Made by a program: the position numbers and the translations under genes. Of a stretch of 64,000 nt of DNA, positions 63,643 to 64,000 are shown piece by piece. The notes under the pieces were generated by a model. That model was given only the letters and a program-made list of their open reading frames with translations, had not been told where the DNA came from and did no database searches. The stretch is from Pseudogymnoascus verrucosus (taxonomy: Eukaryota): the NCBI GenBank assembly GCA_001662655.1, contig KV460210.1; one strand, written 5' to 3'. Within the stretch, counting starts at the first letter, position 1. Every line of letters starts with the position of its first letter.

Positions 63643-64000
63643 GTTGGTTGAGCCCGTACGACAGGAATTAATGGGTGAAAGGTCGTAGGTTCTTCGGTTA
63701 GTGTTGGCACTTCGGAGATGGAGCTGTCAAGTTGATATATTTTTAGCGGCGCGCGATAAGATTACAAGCGCCGACGTCACTAATTCCAAGGGTAAAATTC
63801 CAGGAACGGAAGGAACGATCTATCAATTTTGATAAGATGGCTTTGGAATACAAAACTATTAATCATGAGAAACTAATCTACGTAGCTATTGTTAAATTAT
63901 TGTTCCTCCTGAAATATTGTGGTTACATTGTTCACATAGTATATTTATTTTAAACGCTAATTATTTATATATTTATTCATTTTTATAACATCGTTGCACT

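Overview
Gene-dense, intron-containing eukaryotic DNA from a filamentous ascomycete (Pezizomycotina, inferred from short GT-AG introns with CTRAY branch sites, a velvet gene and fungal-type TERT and PRP8). About 21 protein-coding genes are supported: a Dnt1/Net1-like nucleolar protein, velB, sdh2, erv2, NFX1/FAP1, pex10, an ERD1-like EXS protein, a LYAR zinc-finger protein, bem46, a DH-BAR-SH3 RhoGEF, TERT, an F-box protein, gep4, SmD3, the Dnf3-like flippase, a two-repeat Myb factor, intein-free PRP8, rpl34, pho8, a small Cys-rich protein and NDUFAF3. I saw no transposon, rRNA, tRNA or CRISPR array. The most interesting signal is the Myb gene, which looks recoded at both ends: its TAG sits in a perfect UAG-CAR-YYA readthrough context followed by a 59-codon acidic extension, and its Q/H-rich N-terminus has no in-frame AUG while an out-of-frame uORF overlaps it. 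Other notable signals are a box C/D snoRNA in a bem46 intron, a structured 339-nt rpl34 intron, a CBC/HapX-type motif upstream of sdh2 and atypical TERT splice sites. All calls were made by eye with no database searches, and exon boundaries are predictions.
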